Under the pieces are notes generated by a model that had not been told where the DNA came from, searched no databases, and was given only the letters and a program-made list of their open reading frames with translations. A DNA stretch of 64,000 nt from Felis catus (taxonomy: Eukaryota), in contig NC_058379.1 in NCBI RefSeq assembly GCF_018350175.1, positions 38,626,001 to 38,690,000 on the forward strand, given 5' to 3'. The translations under genes and the position numbers were made by a program. Each line of letters opens with the position of its first letter. The stretch's first letter is position 1. Of the stretch, positions 52,038-64,000 are shown one piece after another.

Positions 52038-53653
52038 CACCCGTCTACCCTAGATTGGATTATCTAATAACATCTGTCTGACTCTGACAGTTTTTCTTTT
52101 TTCCAGTCAGTTAGAACAAAGGCTCCACTAGAGCAGAGACCCATTTGTCTTTATCTGATGTATCCTCAGGCCCCAGAACAGCTATTCAGGAAATGTTTGT
52201 TGAGAGAGTGTATTAATGGATGAAGAAATGATGCAGCCAGTATTTCTAACCTTAACTGATATATTTCCAACCACAAGTAAAGAAACTTGGTTCGTGTGAG
52301 CAGCTCTGTCATTGCCATGAATGTACACTTTCCTTTGCAATCTCAGAACAACCTCTCAGACCGAAGGTTCTCTTTCCCCGTCTCTGGGGTTCAGGAATCC
52401 CTGTTTGGGAACTTTCTTTCATTTATCAGAGTGGTCATAATGCAAGCGTCCTAGAGCGGAGCCTGAACCGGCTCCTCTGCCTGTGTCTCTGTTGATTTTA
52501 TTCGCAAGGGGCTTGTCCCTCAGGAATCTGTGTCTCCTGTTTGTGCTGTCACTGAACTCTGTTCAAGGCTCTTCACTAACACGAGCCGCCATATAAATAG
52601 CATCAGCTGCTTCCTTGGCTTGTTGAAATGTATTCGGGCACTTCTGGGAACAATCAAATATTCTTGACACGTCAAAGATACGTGGGGTTTTGTACCCCCG
52701 GCGTGTGGCACCAGTCGGATTAGCAAATATGAACCCATATCGATAAGGTGGTCACTTACATAATCATAACCATCATCTCTGTCTGTCTGCATTGGTTAAT
52801 TTTTCTGCTCACACCTAGCGCTGAACGTTTTTGAGCTTTTGAAAAGCTAAAAGCCTACCAAAAACGAACTGGGTTTTCCAACGTATTAAACTCGGAGTAA
52901 GTTTCCTTCAGCTTTTCCAGATTATCTGGGTAAAGCGTTGCTTCGGTGAAACGAGACCTTAATTGCCTCAGTGAACGAAGCCTTGAGCTGACCTTGCGGT
53001 GGTGGGGAGGTGGGAGGTTGGCTTTCTCGCCAGTGCCTGAGGTTACCTTGCCCTGTTTGCATTCTGGCCTTTGGGGCCAGTCGGTAAGCACCCACCGTAT
53101 CTGTCTCCTTTTATCTTGAAGGACAACATTTCCTTAGATTTCATGCCGTTACTACAACAGTATCTCCGGCCCTCAGGAATCCTAGAGTTTCAGAATTTTG
53201 GAACACAAGAGAAGACACATCCCATCAAGGTCACAGAGCCTGTGGCGGACTTGAAGATGGTTTGCGCCCTTCTGCCCTGGCAGGGTGCCTCTCCTGCCCT
53301 TTGATTTATCGCTAATTTCCCTTTTATCTGCCTGACGTAGCCTGTGATTTTTACGAAGCTTAAAACTAGTCCTTTCACTGGGGACAGGAGGTTAGTGATT
53401 ATTTTTCCATCAAACTAGGGTTATTTCCTGTGTAAACCCTCTCTGCCCCCTCAGACTTGTTGAAAGCCCTCTTATTGCATCCTGGGCGCAGTGGTTGGTT
53501 TGCTTCATAGGGTCACCGTCAGAATGTACACTCCTTGAAACGGGACTGTGGCCTTAGGGGCGGCGGGGTCGGGGTGGGGGTGGGGGTGGTCATGTTTTTT
53601 AAATCCCCAACTCTGAATTGTAGATGTACAGTCCTGTCAAAAATCGGTCTCCG

Positions 53654-53875
53654 GGGGCGCCTGGGTGGCGCAGTCGGTTAAGCGTCCGACTTCAGCCAGG
53701 TCACGATCTCGCGGTCCATGAGTTCGAGCCCCGTGTCGGGCTCTGGGCTGATGGCTCAGAGCCTGGAGCCTGTTTCCGATTCTGTGTCTCCCTCTCTCTC
53801 TGCCCCTCCCCCGTTCATGCTCTGTCTCTCTCTGTCCCAAAAATAAACGTTGAAAAAAAAAAAATTTTTTTTTTA
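53654..53875 (+). mobile_element. Can-SINE (young type)
   Basis: Perfect TSD AAAAATCGGTCTCCG (53639-53653, 53876-53890). Confidence 0.95.
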
Positions 53876-55588
53876 AAAAATCGGTCTCCGTATTGATGGA
53901 TCTGGGTAATCCTCTGCAGGCTTACACTGGTCATTGTGAAGTTAATTTTTGAATGATTGTGTCATCTTCACTAAAAAAAAAAAGAAAATCCAGCTTTCTG
54001 CTTCTTTGATCTTAAAGTCAGCCAACGCCATAGGAATTTCCATATCGGCTTATAAGAGTTGAGGTTCGTATGGCCAAAAAGCTTGTTTAAGGAAAAAATA
54101 TATATATCCATCGCCCCTGCTGCTAGTCAGAAACACGTAGCATCTCAGTTCTCTGTTGTGAAGTTGTTGAAGATCTTTTGTAACGACCAGCCCTTGAATT
54201 CCACTGTTTGGTGCTTTGAGGAGTAACTGGTCCACTGCTGCCCCATCAAGGCCTCCTTGCTTTGTTAATTTGCTCTGATTTTGAGCTGAAATAATGAAAA
54301 AGTCCAGCTGGCCCCTTCTGCTGTTAGTTGTCCTTGTGGCTGCCAGAGTGGTCTCTGTGTGATGCCACAAGTCTCCTTAGCGGGATCAGACAGCCTCGCA
54401 GGACCTGACTTCCTCCCCGCATGTCTCCTCACCCCTCGCCACTCCCCACACACCCCTTATGTTCCAGCTGCAGCAGACTGCACACTCTCACACAAGTAAA
54501 TGCACTTGACTTTTCACGCTGCTCTGCCCTCGACTGATGACCTCTGCATAGAACTCTCTGCTGTTTTCCTTCTTTGCACACGACTCAAGAGGTGCAGTAG
54601 CCTGCCGTGAAGCGGATTGCGTGGGGGGCAAGGAGAGGGGTGCTGGTCCAGTCCCTGGCTTGAGCAGCTGGACAGATGGAAGCCCACCTACTACTGAGAT
54701 GGGGAAGACTGCTGTGGAAGAGATGGGGGGTTGGGTGGGAACGTGGGGGCATCAGGGGTTTGGAGGGAGAAGTGCTCATTGGGGCTGCCTCTGAGATATC
54801 CAGGGAAGGGAGGTGGGAAGTCAAGTTGCATATATGGATCTGTGGCTCAGAGAGGTCCCGAACTGATGAACTTCTATTTGGGAGCTATCATTACATTTGA
54901 AATGAAGTAGACGAGCTTTCCAAGGAAGAGGGTTGGGAGAGTGTGGCGGACTCCTAGAGAGCTATCAAGTTGAGAAAGAGAAAATCAGAAACGGGCCGTG
55001 AAGAGGCAAAGGGAGATGAGAAAGAGTAGCCCGAACAGGCAGAAGGAAAATCAAGAGAGTGTCCAAAACAGAATTCAAAGAGAAGGGATGTCCCCTTCAC
55101 CTGGGGTCTATTGGCTTGCGGGGAGGTCACTGGTAAGGTGTGATAGAATAGCGGGGGACTCTCTGAAGACTGAGTGGGAGGGAGGCTTTGGTGACAACAT
55201 GAGAAGCCAGTTCCTTCCATAAGCATGGCTCTAAAGAATGATGAGGAGCTGGGACAATGCTGGAGGGGGAAGATGGGGCCCTAGCGGGGTGGAGGGTGGA
55301 GTGTGCGTGAGCCCAAGAGCAGGCTGATTTGCTTTCCTTGTTGTCTTGGGTTTTTTTGTTTCTGAAGATGGATGCTACTAGGGCTTTTTTTTTTTTTCTC
55401 CTTTTCTAATGCAAATAGGCAGAATCCAGGAGAAGGGCCTGGAGATATTACTGTCTTGTAGTCTGCTCACAGTTGATGGTGAATACTATTCCGTCATCAC
55501 AAATGTTAACTTTTATACAGTTCTACTAGCTTCTCTTCTCCTATGAACTGATACTTGAAATGTAAGAGGAAAAAAACCTTGCTTTTTA

Positions 55589-55802
55589 TTTTATTTATTT
55601 ATTTATTTTTTAACGTTTATTTATTTTTGAGACAGAGCATGAACGGGGGAGGGTCAGAGAGAGGGAGACACAGAATCCGAAACAGGCTCCAGGCTCCGAG
55701 CTGTCAGCACAGAGCCCGACGCGGGGCTCGAACTCACGGACCGTGAGATCGTGACCTGAGCCGAAGTCGGCCGCTCAACCGACTGAGCCACCCAGGCGCC
55801 CC
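55589..55802 (-). mobile_element. Can-SINE
   Basis: Perfect TSD AAAAACCTTGCTTTTTA. Confidence 0.95.
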
Positions 55803-56857
55803 AAAAACCTTGCTTTTTAAAAAAAAACAGTTTGTCCATTTTAGTCTTGTATCCCCGATAACAAGTAAATGGTCTGAAGGGTTTTTGTTGTTGTTGTTTT
55901 GTTTTGTTTTGTTTTGTTAACAAAGTGCTTGGTTATTCAGTAGGAATCCTGCTTTGTGCAGGTAAATGACACTGCACGTTTTCCTGTCCTAAGTCCTAGC
56001 TAGGTTGCTGTCTTTTAACATGATTGAATTTTCATATCTCAGCAAGAGAGGGAGGTAAATTAGAATAGAGAAGCTAATTAAGCAGTCAGGAGATGGAGAT
56101 TCTAAAATGCTCCTTCTAAAAGTGGGAAAGAGGAGGACAAACTGGCTTTTTTTTCTCCCCACAAATAGAAAATTAGAGCTGCAGAGGGAAGCCATGACCA
56201 TTTTTTATAGGTGAAATGGAACCATGACTTCATTTATACCTGCACGCCGTCTTCTTTGAAACTCCTCACCATTTCCTTTGGTAGTCATTTCCTAAATCTG
56301 TCCCTGAGAGAGGCATAACGAATACAATTCATGTTTTCATGAAAAGATAGAGGACCCTTCTTGCCATCCCACGGGAATGCTTAATGAAAGTCCTTCCCCA
56401 ACTTTTAGGATGCAGAGTTTCTAGCGATCCAAGCCTTTTTTTTTTTTTTTCTTTGGCTTAAGTAAAACACAGCAGATCAGGTAAATTTGGTTTAAAGAAA
56501 GGGTGGAGTGTGTCCACCAAAGAATTTTGTATCTCTTTCAATTTGGGATTACAAGTGCTGGTGTTTACTTCCAGTAACTGAAATAATTGACAGCTACGTT
56601 TACCCCCAAGTGAATGTATCAGAAGGGAAGGGGACATTGGAAAATAGTGGCCTTTAGTGAGTTGGAAAGGGAAATGTTCAATTTTAAGTGGAAAGGGGCA
56701 TCCAAGAAAGCAAGGAGTGAGTATAAGAAACATCGAAGCAATGCAAATACCCTACAAACCTGCTTTAAGAAAATGCCTTGGCATTTTGGTACAAGACTAG
56801 AAGTGCACGCTGTAAAGTTACAAAAACAATGAGTTAAAGTTAAAAGTACTATATTTA

Positions 56858-57024
56858 GGGGCGCCTGGGTGGCTCGGTCAGTTGAGCATCCAACTTCGGC
56901 TCAGGTCATGATCTCGCGGTCTGTGAGTTCGAGCCCCGCGTCGGGCTCTGTGCTGACAGCTCAGAGCCTGGAGCCTGCTTCAGATTCTGTGTCTCCCCCT
57001 CTCTCTGCCCCTCCCCCACTCATG

Positions 57025-57061
<37 letters not shown>

Positions 57062-57084
57062 AAATAAACATTAAAAAAAAATTT
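56858..57084 (+). mobile_element. Can-SINE
   Basis: TSD AAGTACTATATTTAG / AAGTACTGTATTTAG. Confidence 0.95.
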
Positions 57085-57833
57085 AAGTACTGTATTTAGA
57101 TGCTTATGATTTTAATTGTTTGCAATTTAAAAAGCAGTTTATCATTTGCTCATATGGGCAGGCAGGTAGGGAAGAAGACTTAAAAGTTTTGAAGCCGAAT
57201 TGATTGATGTAGGGTGCCAATACTGTTTACTCATATATACGGTATGAACTTCCGCCCTTTCAGATATGTGGAATTACATACTGACTCTAGTGAGATTCCA
57301 GAACTAAAATGCCTTGCATTTTTAAGGTTTATTACTTTACTATCTCTCAGCAGCAATGAAAATTTTATTACAATTAGTCAAGAAACAGCAATGATTTTCA
57401 TTCATTATATTATGCATATATTGCTGGCGAAAATCTTATACTTGAGAAATATCTGACAAGTGCCTAGAAGTTTATTCAAGGTTTGAGTTTCTGTGATTTG
57501 TGTGATGTATGGCAGGTAAAGTATTACGTGGTAGGTAGGTAGAAAATAATGGTAGGTTATTTTATAATTGAAATAGTGGATAAGTGGTTGCCGGGTTCTA
57601 TCCATTTTGTATTTTTATTCAGCTTCTGTATAGCTGGCTCTCTGCCTTGGGCACAAGTCATGAAATCACAGAGAAAAGCAGGTCGCAAAACGGTTTCATG
57701 ACCAGAATAATAAAACTGAAACTCAAAATTGGGATGTTTCTGTACTAATTTTTCTCTTTTAGTTCATGTATAGCAAGGAGCGAAGGCCATGTATTTGGAA
57801 AGACTCCTATTTTAACATCTATTAGACAACTTT

Positions 57834-58037
57834 AAAAAAATGCTTTTTAGTATTTATTTATTGAGAGAGAGCACGAGCGGGGTAGGGGCAGGGAGAGAGG
57901 GAGACACAGAATCTGAAGCAGCTCCAGATTCCGAGCTGGCAGCACAGAGCCCCACGTGGGGCCAGAGCTCACGAACCGCGAGATCATGACCTGAGCCGAA
58001 GTCAGACGCTCAACTGACTGAGCCATCCAGGTGCCCC
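57834..58037 (-). mobile_element. Can-SINE
   Basis: SINE body; TSD GACAACTTT. Confidence 0.9.
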
Positions 58038-58593
58038 GTGGACAACTTTTTAAAGTTGAGAGTGCATTGATACATCCACCCCAATGGAGGCTATACTACC
58101 AATGCATTTTTGCAAAAGCTCCTTACGTTTATAAAGACAAGGAAGCTGGAGGAAGAGATGGTGATAGAGGTGACAGACTTGTTGGCTTAAACTGTAAGAA
58201 GATCTGACGTTTGGTGCCTTTCACTTCCCTCCACTGCCCCTTCCCCATGCCCAGCGTCCTTGGTCATCACTGATTTCTAGGCTGAACCCTTTGTTTTATG
58301 GAAGAGGAAGCAGGAGACTAAAGACATTAAGTCAGTCGTCTCCCCACATGAAAACTTACTTGCTCCTAATTATTTTCATGTATTAGATCTATAGATTATA
58401 CATAGATTTATGAAATGAACATAGTTCATGAAATGAACTAAAATGTTTATATTTTGAGATATGATTCTGGTTCTACTTCTGTAATCATTTTGACTTTTGA
58501 TTATTAAGTTGTAGTTATTATTTGCTGAAACACATAATAACAGAATCTTAAATATAATACTCATAGAAAATAGAAGAAGATACTGAAGGTATC

Positions 58594-58623
58594 TTTTTTT
58601 TTAACACGCGAGTTGGGGAGAGG

Positions 58624-58659
<36 letters not shown>

Positions 58660-58780
58660 TAAGCAGACTTTACGCTCAGCATGGAGCCCAACTCTGGGAT
58701 TGATCCCGTGACCCTCAGATCATGACCTGAGCCGAAATCAAGAGTCAGACGCTCAACCAGCTGAGCTACTCAGGCACCCC
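58594..58780 (-). mobile_element. Older Can-SINE with (GA)n
   Basis: GATCATGACCTGAGCCGAAATCAAGAGTCAGACGCTCAAC…CAGGCACCCC. Confidence 0.88.
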
Positions 58781-59189
58781 TCAACATATGATTTATGCGC
58801 AAAAACGCCCTGTCTAGGAAGAAAATTAGGCATCTTCTTAAATGTACTTTTTCTAGTAGTTGTTTGTATCTTTTTTAAAATGTTATGATCTAGTGACTGT
58901 TTGGTTACTCTTCTAGAGATTCTCTAAGCCACCTAAACATTTTCTGTTTGAGTGTTTGGAAAACCCTTTGGTCTCCTGGTGAAAGCATTAGCGTGTGATC
59001 AGACCAATAGTGTCTATTACCTTGTAGGGAGATTTCAGTTCTGAAAGTTGTAACTGAGTTCTGTTTTCCATTAAACCTTGAAATACCTACTTTTTCATCA
59101 CTTGAGAGATTTTACAATGGTTCAAGACTATAAGGAAGAGTTATTACACATTTACATAGGTAGACAGATATGATAATGGGGTTGGTTTT

Positions 59190-60600
59190 ATTGTTCTCCA
59201 AAAAATTATTGAAATACCTACTCTGTCCTAAGGTACTGTGTTGGAACTGGGTATATTGGGGTATAAATACACCTGTTTGCCGCTCATGAGGATGTTGGAA
59301 GGAGGTCAGGGGAGGGTTTGAATAACCATTAAGTTTGATAGATAATAGGTAAGAAACCATGAGCACACGTAGAGTAACTGTGTAAAAAGGGAATGCCTCT
59401 CTCAGCTGACGCTTGGGGAATGGGGAAGTTGGTCGCTTGAAGGACAGGAAAGAACATTCTTGCAGAGAAGAGCATACCTAAAAAATCTGGAGGCAAAAAA
59501 CTTTGCTGGGCTTTGCAAATCAAAAGGCAGTCACTTGGCTGGATCGTAGTAGGGGAGAGGGGTAGGCAAGTGCCTCTGGGCAGGGATAGGGTGTTGAGGC
59601 CGAGGCTTGTGCTTGAAACCCATGGCAATTACGAGTTTGGATTTTTCTTTGTGCACATCGGGAAGCTATTAACAGGAGTGATAGGAGTACATTTATGTCT
59701 TATGAAGATTAGAATTAGAGGTGGGTAAGAATCGGCAGGGAAGAAGAGGTTATTAAGGAGTTCAGGAAAGAAATGATAGCTTGCATGGTGGCAGGGGGCC
59801 AATTCAAGATATATTTTGGAAACATGTTTTTACGTAGCTATTTGAATATGTGCAAAATTACGTGTTTTGCCAAAGATAAGGAAGGTAAGGAAAAGGAAAT
59901 GTCAAGGCTGACTTCTGGAATTGTGGCTTGAAGGAATGGCATTGCCATTTATTGGGGTGAGGAAGAAGAGTGAGGGGAGGAACAGATTTGGAAGAGGAAA
60001 ATCGATAGATACTTGTGAGCTGTTAGGAATGTCAAGTGGGCAGCTGGGTTTGAAACCTCAGAGGTTCAGACCAGAGTTACAAATGCACGAGCAGTTGGCT
60101 TCTAGGAAGTATTTAAAGCCCCGGGAAAGTGTATCATTAGCTGGGGAGCAAGCGTAAAGCGAGGAGAGAGCCCGACGGAGTTTTCCAGGACATTCCCACA
60201 TGTAGAGGTTGGATAAGAAGTTAGTTGCCCATAAAAGAGAATGAGAGGGTGTAGCCTGAGAGACCGGAGAAAGGCAGGAGGGTGTGGTGCGTTCTGAATC
60301 CCAAGAGAAGGAAACGTGCTGACAAGAAAAGTCTTACCACCCTTGCTGGGGCTGCTAAGAGATCAAATGTGATGAGGACGACAAGAGTGGGTTGTCCATG
60401 GCATCGTCCACCCCAATGGAGTCAGGCTGCTGTGGCTGTAGGGAGAGGGGAAGGGAGGAAGTAGACGACGATAAGGGTCAACGATATTTTTTTGAGAAGC
60501 TAGGAGTGGAAAGCAGAGAAATCCGGTCGTAGCCGGTGGAGGACGTGAGGTTGAGGGAAAGCTACTTTGTTTTACTGAAATGGGAACCACTGGAGTATGA
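59190..60600 (-). mobile_element. Long L2 relic
   Basis: Purine-rich reversed L2 body starting AAAAATTATTGAAATACCTACTCTGT; similar relics at ~19490-21050 and ~54590-55270. Confidence 0.6.
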
Positions 60601-61511
60601 CTGCATTTTAGTAGAATTTGAGTCTGAAGAATATGTATTAGATTGGCTCTGAGCTAGCAAACTCACGTTCAAAGAAGACAAATGGATTTCTGCCTCGTGG
60701 CACAATACAGAGCAACTGAGCCGTCGTGCTCCATGGGTTCATCCAGGGGCCCAGGTTGGAAGGGACAGCTCTGGCATCCTTCTGAATTTGAGGTCTCCAT
60801 GACTGAGTGTGTGGCAATCATGTCCACCATTTTTTTCTAGCCAATGAGAAAAGGAAACCTAGGGCAAGGGCCCTTGCCTTTAGGAAAAATGACCTAAATA
60901 TTTTGAATACATATACTCTCTTTTCTCATTGGTCCACACTTCATCACATGACCTCAATTAATTGTGGTCTGAAGCTGGAGGGGGAGGAATACTGGTTAAA
61001 ACAAAGTTTAATTACTAAAAGATGGAGAACATGGATTCTGAGAAGAAGTCATTTGTGCCACTCCTTGGGGTGAGGAGGGGAGTTACAAACATGTTTATTT
61101 CTAAACCATGGACAGTACTTGACTTCTATTTGGTACTTAATAAGAGGTCAGTGAATTGAATTGACTGTTAAAATTAATCTTCCCCTTCTAAAAGGTAGAC
61201 TTGGATTGTAGGCTCTGAATTACACAATACCATCACCTTTCTTCCTCCTCCACCGTCTTTTCTGTAGACTTGATGCTTTCTAGCGAAAGCACACAACAGA
61301 GAAGAATATACTGTTTACTCTCAGATTTGCTTAAAAATCTAAAAGGTAATGTTAGAGGCAGGAAGGAAATCCGATAGTTTTATTTGGATCACTATCTTGT
61401 TCTGTGTTTGGTCTTGATATTTACATATGCTTTGGGCAACTGCACGCTGCCAGGTTGACGTCTTTTGTGCAAGAGGGAGAATAGCTGCTGATTGTTAAAA
61501 ATAAGTAAATA

Positions 61512-61752
61512 GGGGCGCCTGGGTGGCGCAGTCAGTTGAGCGTCCGACTTCAGCCAGGTCACGATCTCGCGGTCCGTGAGTTCGAGTCCCGCGTCAGGCT
61601 CTGGGCTGATGGCTCGGAGCCTGGAGCCTGTTTCTGATTCTGTGTCTCCCTCTCTCTCTGCCCCTCCCCCGTTCATGCTCTGTCTCTCTCTGTCCCAAAA
61701 ATAAATAAAAACGTTGAAAAGAAAGAAGAAAAAAAATTTTTTTTAAATAATA
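61512..61752 (+). mobile_element. Can-SINE (young type)
   Basis: TSD ~AATAAGTAAATA. Confidence 0.95.
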
Positions 61753-62320
61753 ATAAGTAAATAAATAAACAAACGAACCAACGAACCCTAAATAGAAAGC
61801 ATGGATGTTGAATTTCATTTATAACATAGACTGGCATTTGTGTGCTCCCTCTTCTTCTAATTATTAAACCTATCCCAGCGCATATTGTGAAGATCGGAAC
61901 TCCATGGTGATTTTACTGTGGAGTAGTATTTTGTGTAATTCTGTATTTCACTAATGGGTGTGTCATTTGCTTACAATATTATACTAGCCCTTTGTTCCTG
62001 ATATATTTTTTTACCATGAAATTAGATTTAGGAAGGGAAATTCCAGGATAGGCTGGGATATTTGTTTTTGAGCTATTAACCACATACTCAAGAAATCACC
62101 TAAAACCACATGGTAGCCACTGGCATAGCACCTCTCTTGCTGTTGAAAGCAGAAAACTGCTTTAAACACAGTGGTGTGCCCCTTAGTTAGGGGGAAGAAG
62201 TAACCACAGAAAATTAAGTTCTCTGGATACGGTCATGTTCGCTTCCCTCATTTGGTAGATGTAGAAACGAAGGCACAAAATGCTTGACTTGCAAGCCATT
62301 ACGAGATGGTGATTATATAC

Positions 62321-62514
62321 TTTTTAACATTTTTTATTTTGAGAGAGAGAACACGGACAAGCAGGGGAGGGGCAAAGAGAGAGCAGGACAGAAGATCTGA
62401 GGCCGGCTCTGTGCTGACAGCAGAGAGCCCGACGCGGGGCTCAAATACACGAACTGTGAGATCATGAACTGAGTTGAAGTTGGGTGCTTAACCCACTGAG
62501 CCACCCAAGCGCCC
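62321..62514 (-). mobile_element. Can-SINE
   Basis: TSD GATGGTGATTATAT / GATGGTGGTTATAT. Confidence 0.9.
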
Positions 62515-63344
62515 TGATGGTGGTTATATTTTAGTAGGGGTCTTTAGATGTAAGAGCAGATTACGATATGATAAGATCTGTTGTTTGAGTCCCCTAAAGA
62601 GCTGAGACAGACTCCTTTTTCAACGCCCAGGGGAAGGAGGAAGCCAGGAAGAAGCAGTGAATTTTCACTCATGAAGGAGGGAGAGGTGAGACTGCCCAGC
62701 CTCCCTCCAGCCCCAGTCAGGGCTTGTGCAGGATGGGACACCTTCCACGTCACCGAGGAAGCCTCTGGTGTAGTTGTCATTGTTCATTCACACGGGGACA
62801 ACAGGGTTCTGAGAAATCGGAGAAAAGGCATTTGCTCATGGAAGTAATGGATAGATTCAGGGGTTCCGGAGGCAGAGCAAGGGGCCCTGTGTAGGGACAG
62901 AAAGGGAGAGGGAATGAGAAAGGATATCCACTTCCATTATTAGATCATCCTTCCCAGAGATTAAAATATAGACCCAGCTGATGCGGCAGATTCATTTTCC
63001 GAAATTAAATGTATCTCAGTTATGTAATTATTGTGACGTTACCTTAATGACATCGTACGGCCCTCTGTGGCAAAAATCTAATAGGAATAAAACCTGTGAT
63101 CGTTACGAATAAATTTTGACTTCTAGTTAAGTGTTAATTGTGAACCATTCACAGGCAGCCATCTTTGCGGTGAATTTAGGTCGTCTGCTAGGTGCGTGCA
63201 ATAGGATTGTGTTCCAATTGCAGGCCTGTTTCGCTCCTTTTGCAAAAGTGGCTCCGCGCAGCCCCTCAGGGGAGCATCCTGGCTCTCTTGCCTAGGGAAG
63301 GTAATCGCACCAAGTGATGGGACTGTGCCATTTTCTGTTTGCAG

Positions 63345-63541
63345 AACAATCAACCATGACGACCGAATCCGGCTCAGACTCAGAATCCAAGCCAGAGCAG
63401 GAGGCCGAGCCCCAGGAGGCAGCGGGGGCGCAGGGGCAAGCCGGGGCGCAGCAGCGGGGGCCTGAGCCCAGCGGTGAGGACCAGCAGCAGGCTCTGGAAC
63501 AGTTCGAGGGCGCGGCACACAGCACCCCCGTGAGGAAGGAG
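63345..63541 (+). other. EPB41L3: EPB41L3 exon 2 (11 nt 5'UTR + coding), with an internal alternative acceptor AG at 63376-63377
   Basis: Canonical AG/GT boundaries. No AG occurs between 63345 and the CAG at 63375-63377. Confidence 0.9.
63356..63541 (+). CDS. EPB41L3: EPB41L3 (band 4.1-like protein 3 / 4.1B / DAL-1), first coding exon, 62 codons; CDS continues beyond the window
   Basis: Translation MTTESGSDSESKPEQEAEPQEAAGAQGQAGAQQRGPEPSGEDQQQALEQFEGAAHSTPVRKE matches the recognisable 4.1B N-terminus. Acceptor ttttctgtttgcag ends at 63344, 11-nt UTR AACAATCAACC, Kozak ACCATG at 63356, phase-0 donor GAG|GTGAGC at 63541/63542. Confidence 0.95.
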
Positions 63542-64000
63542 GTGAGCCCCGGGGCACAGGACGCAGGCGGCCACCGACTCCCCCGCACCTGCTAGCATCA
63601 CCCAGAAAGCCAATTAAGGAATGTTTACTGACCTTTTCCGGGGTCTGGGGGCCGACCTTGGTCTCTTAGCACTAGAGGCAACTATGAGGGGTCATCTCTT
63701 TCCCCCTTCTGGTCCCAGGCAGATGGAAAGTTTTTGCTATTTTGAGACTTTCAATGAATGACATTCCACAGTCTTGCTTGGTAACTCCTTCATTTGATTA
63801 AAGCACTTAAACCCACTGAAATCTGCACTGCAAGTTGTTGGTCTTATCTGGATTTCCAGGAAGGACAGACCCCACACCTTCTGATTTGGCTCCTGAGTTT
63901 TATTCAGGCCTATGGGTTAGCGCTCATTTGATTCTTCCCAGGGGTCACTCTGAACCTAATGTTGCCAGCTACTTTTAATGGGTGTTCAGGTGGATCTCTT

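Larger units (their letters stand above)
51060..52230 (+). mobile_element. L2 relic interrupted by two SINEs
   Basis: Pyrimidine-rich L2 body ending GGAAATGTTTGTTGAGAGAGTG. Confidence 0.6.
8057..63344 (+). other. EPB41L3: EPB41L3 first intron (~55 kb)
   Basis: Lies between the donor at 8057 and the acceptor at 63344; repeat-rich, no credible coding exons seen. Confidence 0.65.
63200..63600. promoter_or_regulatory. Small GC/CpG-rich island over exon 2
   Basis: Local rise in GC and CpG relative to the flanks. Confidence 0.5.

Noticed and set aside
105-61818. Recurrent ORFs such as GAEREGDTESETGSRL and AQVMISRFVSSSP
   Set aside because: Translations of Can-SINE copies, not genes.
63314-63595. 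93-aa ORF as a complete gene
   Set aside because: Only 63356-63541 is exonic; the extensions run across the splice acceptor and donor.
1-64000. CRISPR array, operon, tRNA or rRNA genes
   Set aside because: Eukaryotic intronic DNA; the repeats are dispersed SINEs whose tRNA-like heads are not functional tRNAs, and there is no regularly spaced repeat-spacer array.

Overview
Mammalian genomic DNA from a felid (cat-family), judged by its Can-SINEs (SINEC_Fc type) and felid L1 3' ends. The window covers the 5' part of EPB41L3 (protein 4.1B/DAL-1) on the + strand: a CpG-island promoter with a non-coding first exon (~7.7-9.1 kb), a ~55 kb first intron, and the first coding exon (63345-63541, MTTESGSDSESKPEQEAEPQE...). 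Nearly all other ORFs in the track are artefacts of SINEs, old LINEs or GC-rich sequence. I counted 27 Can-SINE copies by eye, plus L2/MIR/MER5/Tigger relics, two 5'-truncated L1 ends, a 414-bp solo LTR with a 6-bp TSD, and a tailless U6 snRNA retrocopy. I see no convincing new protein-coding system. The most interesting signals are: (1) tandem splice acceptors in exon 2 that keep or delete the start codon (the known 4.1R/4.1B intrasplicing switch); (2) a candidate alternative first exon with an overlapping uORF; (3) a class II-like solo LTR; (4) the tailless U6 insertion; (5) a CpG-gaining tract inside an ancient L2, suggesting GC-biased gene conversion; (6) a 21-kb SINE-free zone around the promoter. 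Repeat family names are from recognition, not a database search, and boundaries of old repeats are approximate.
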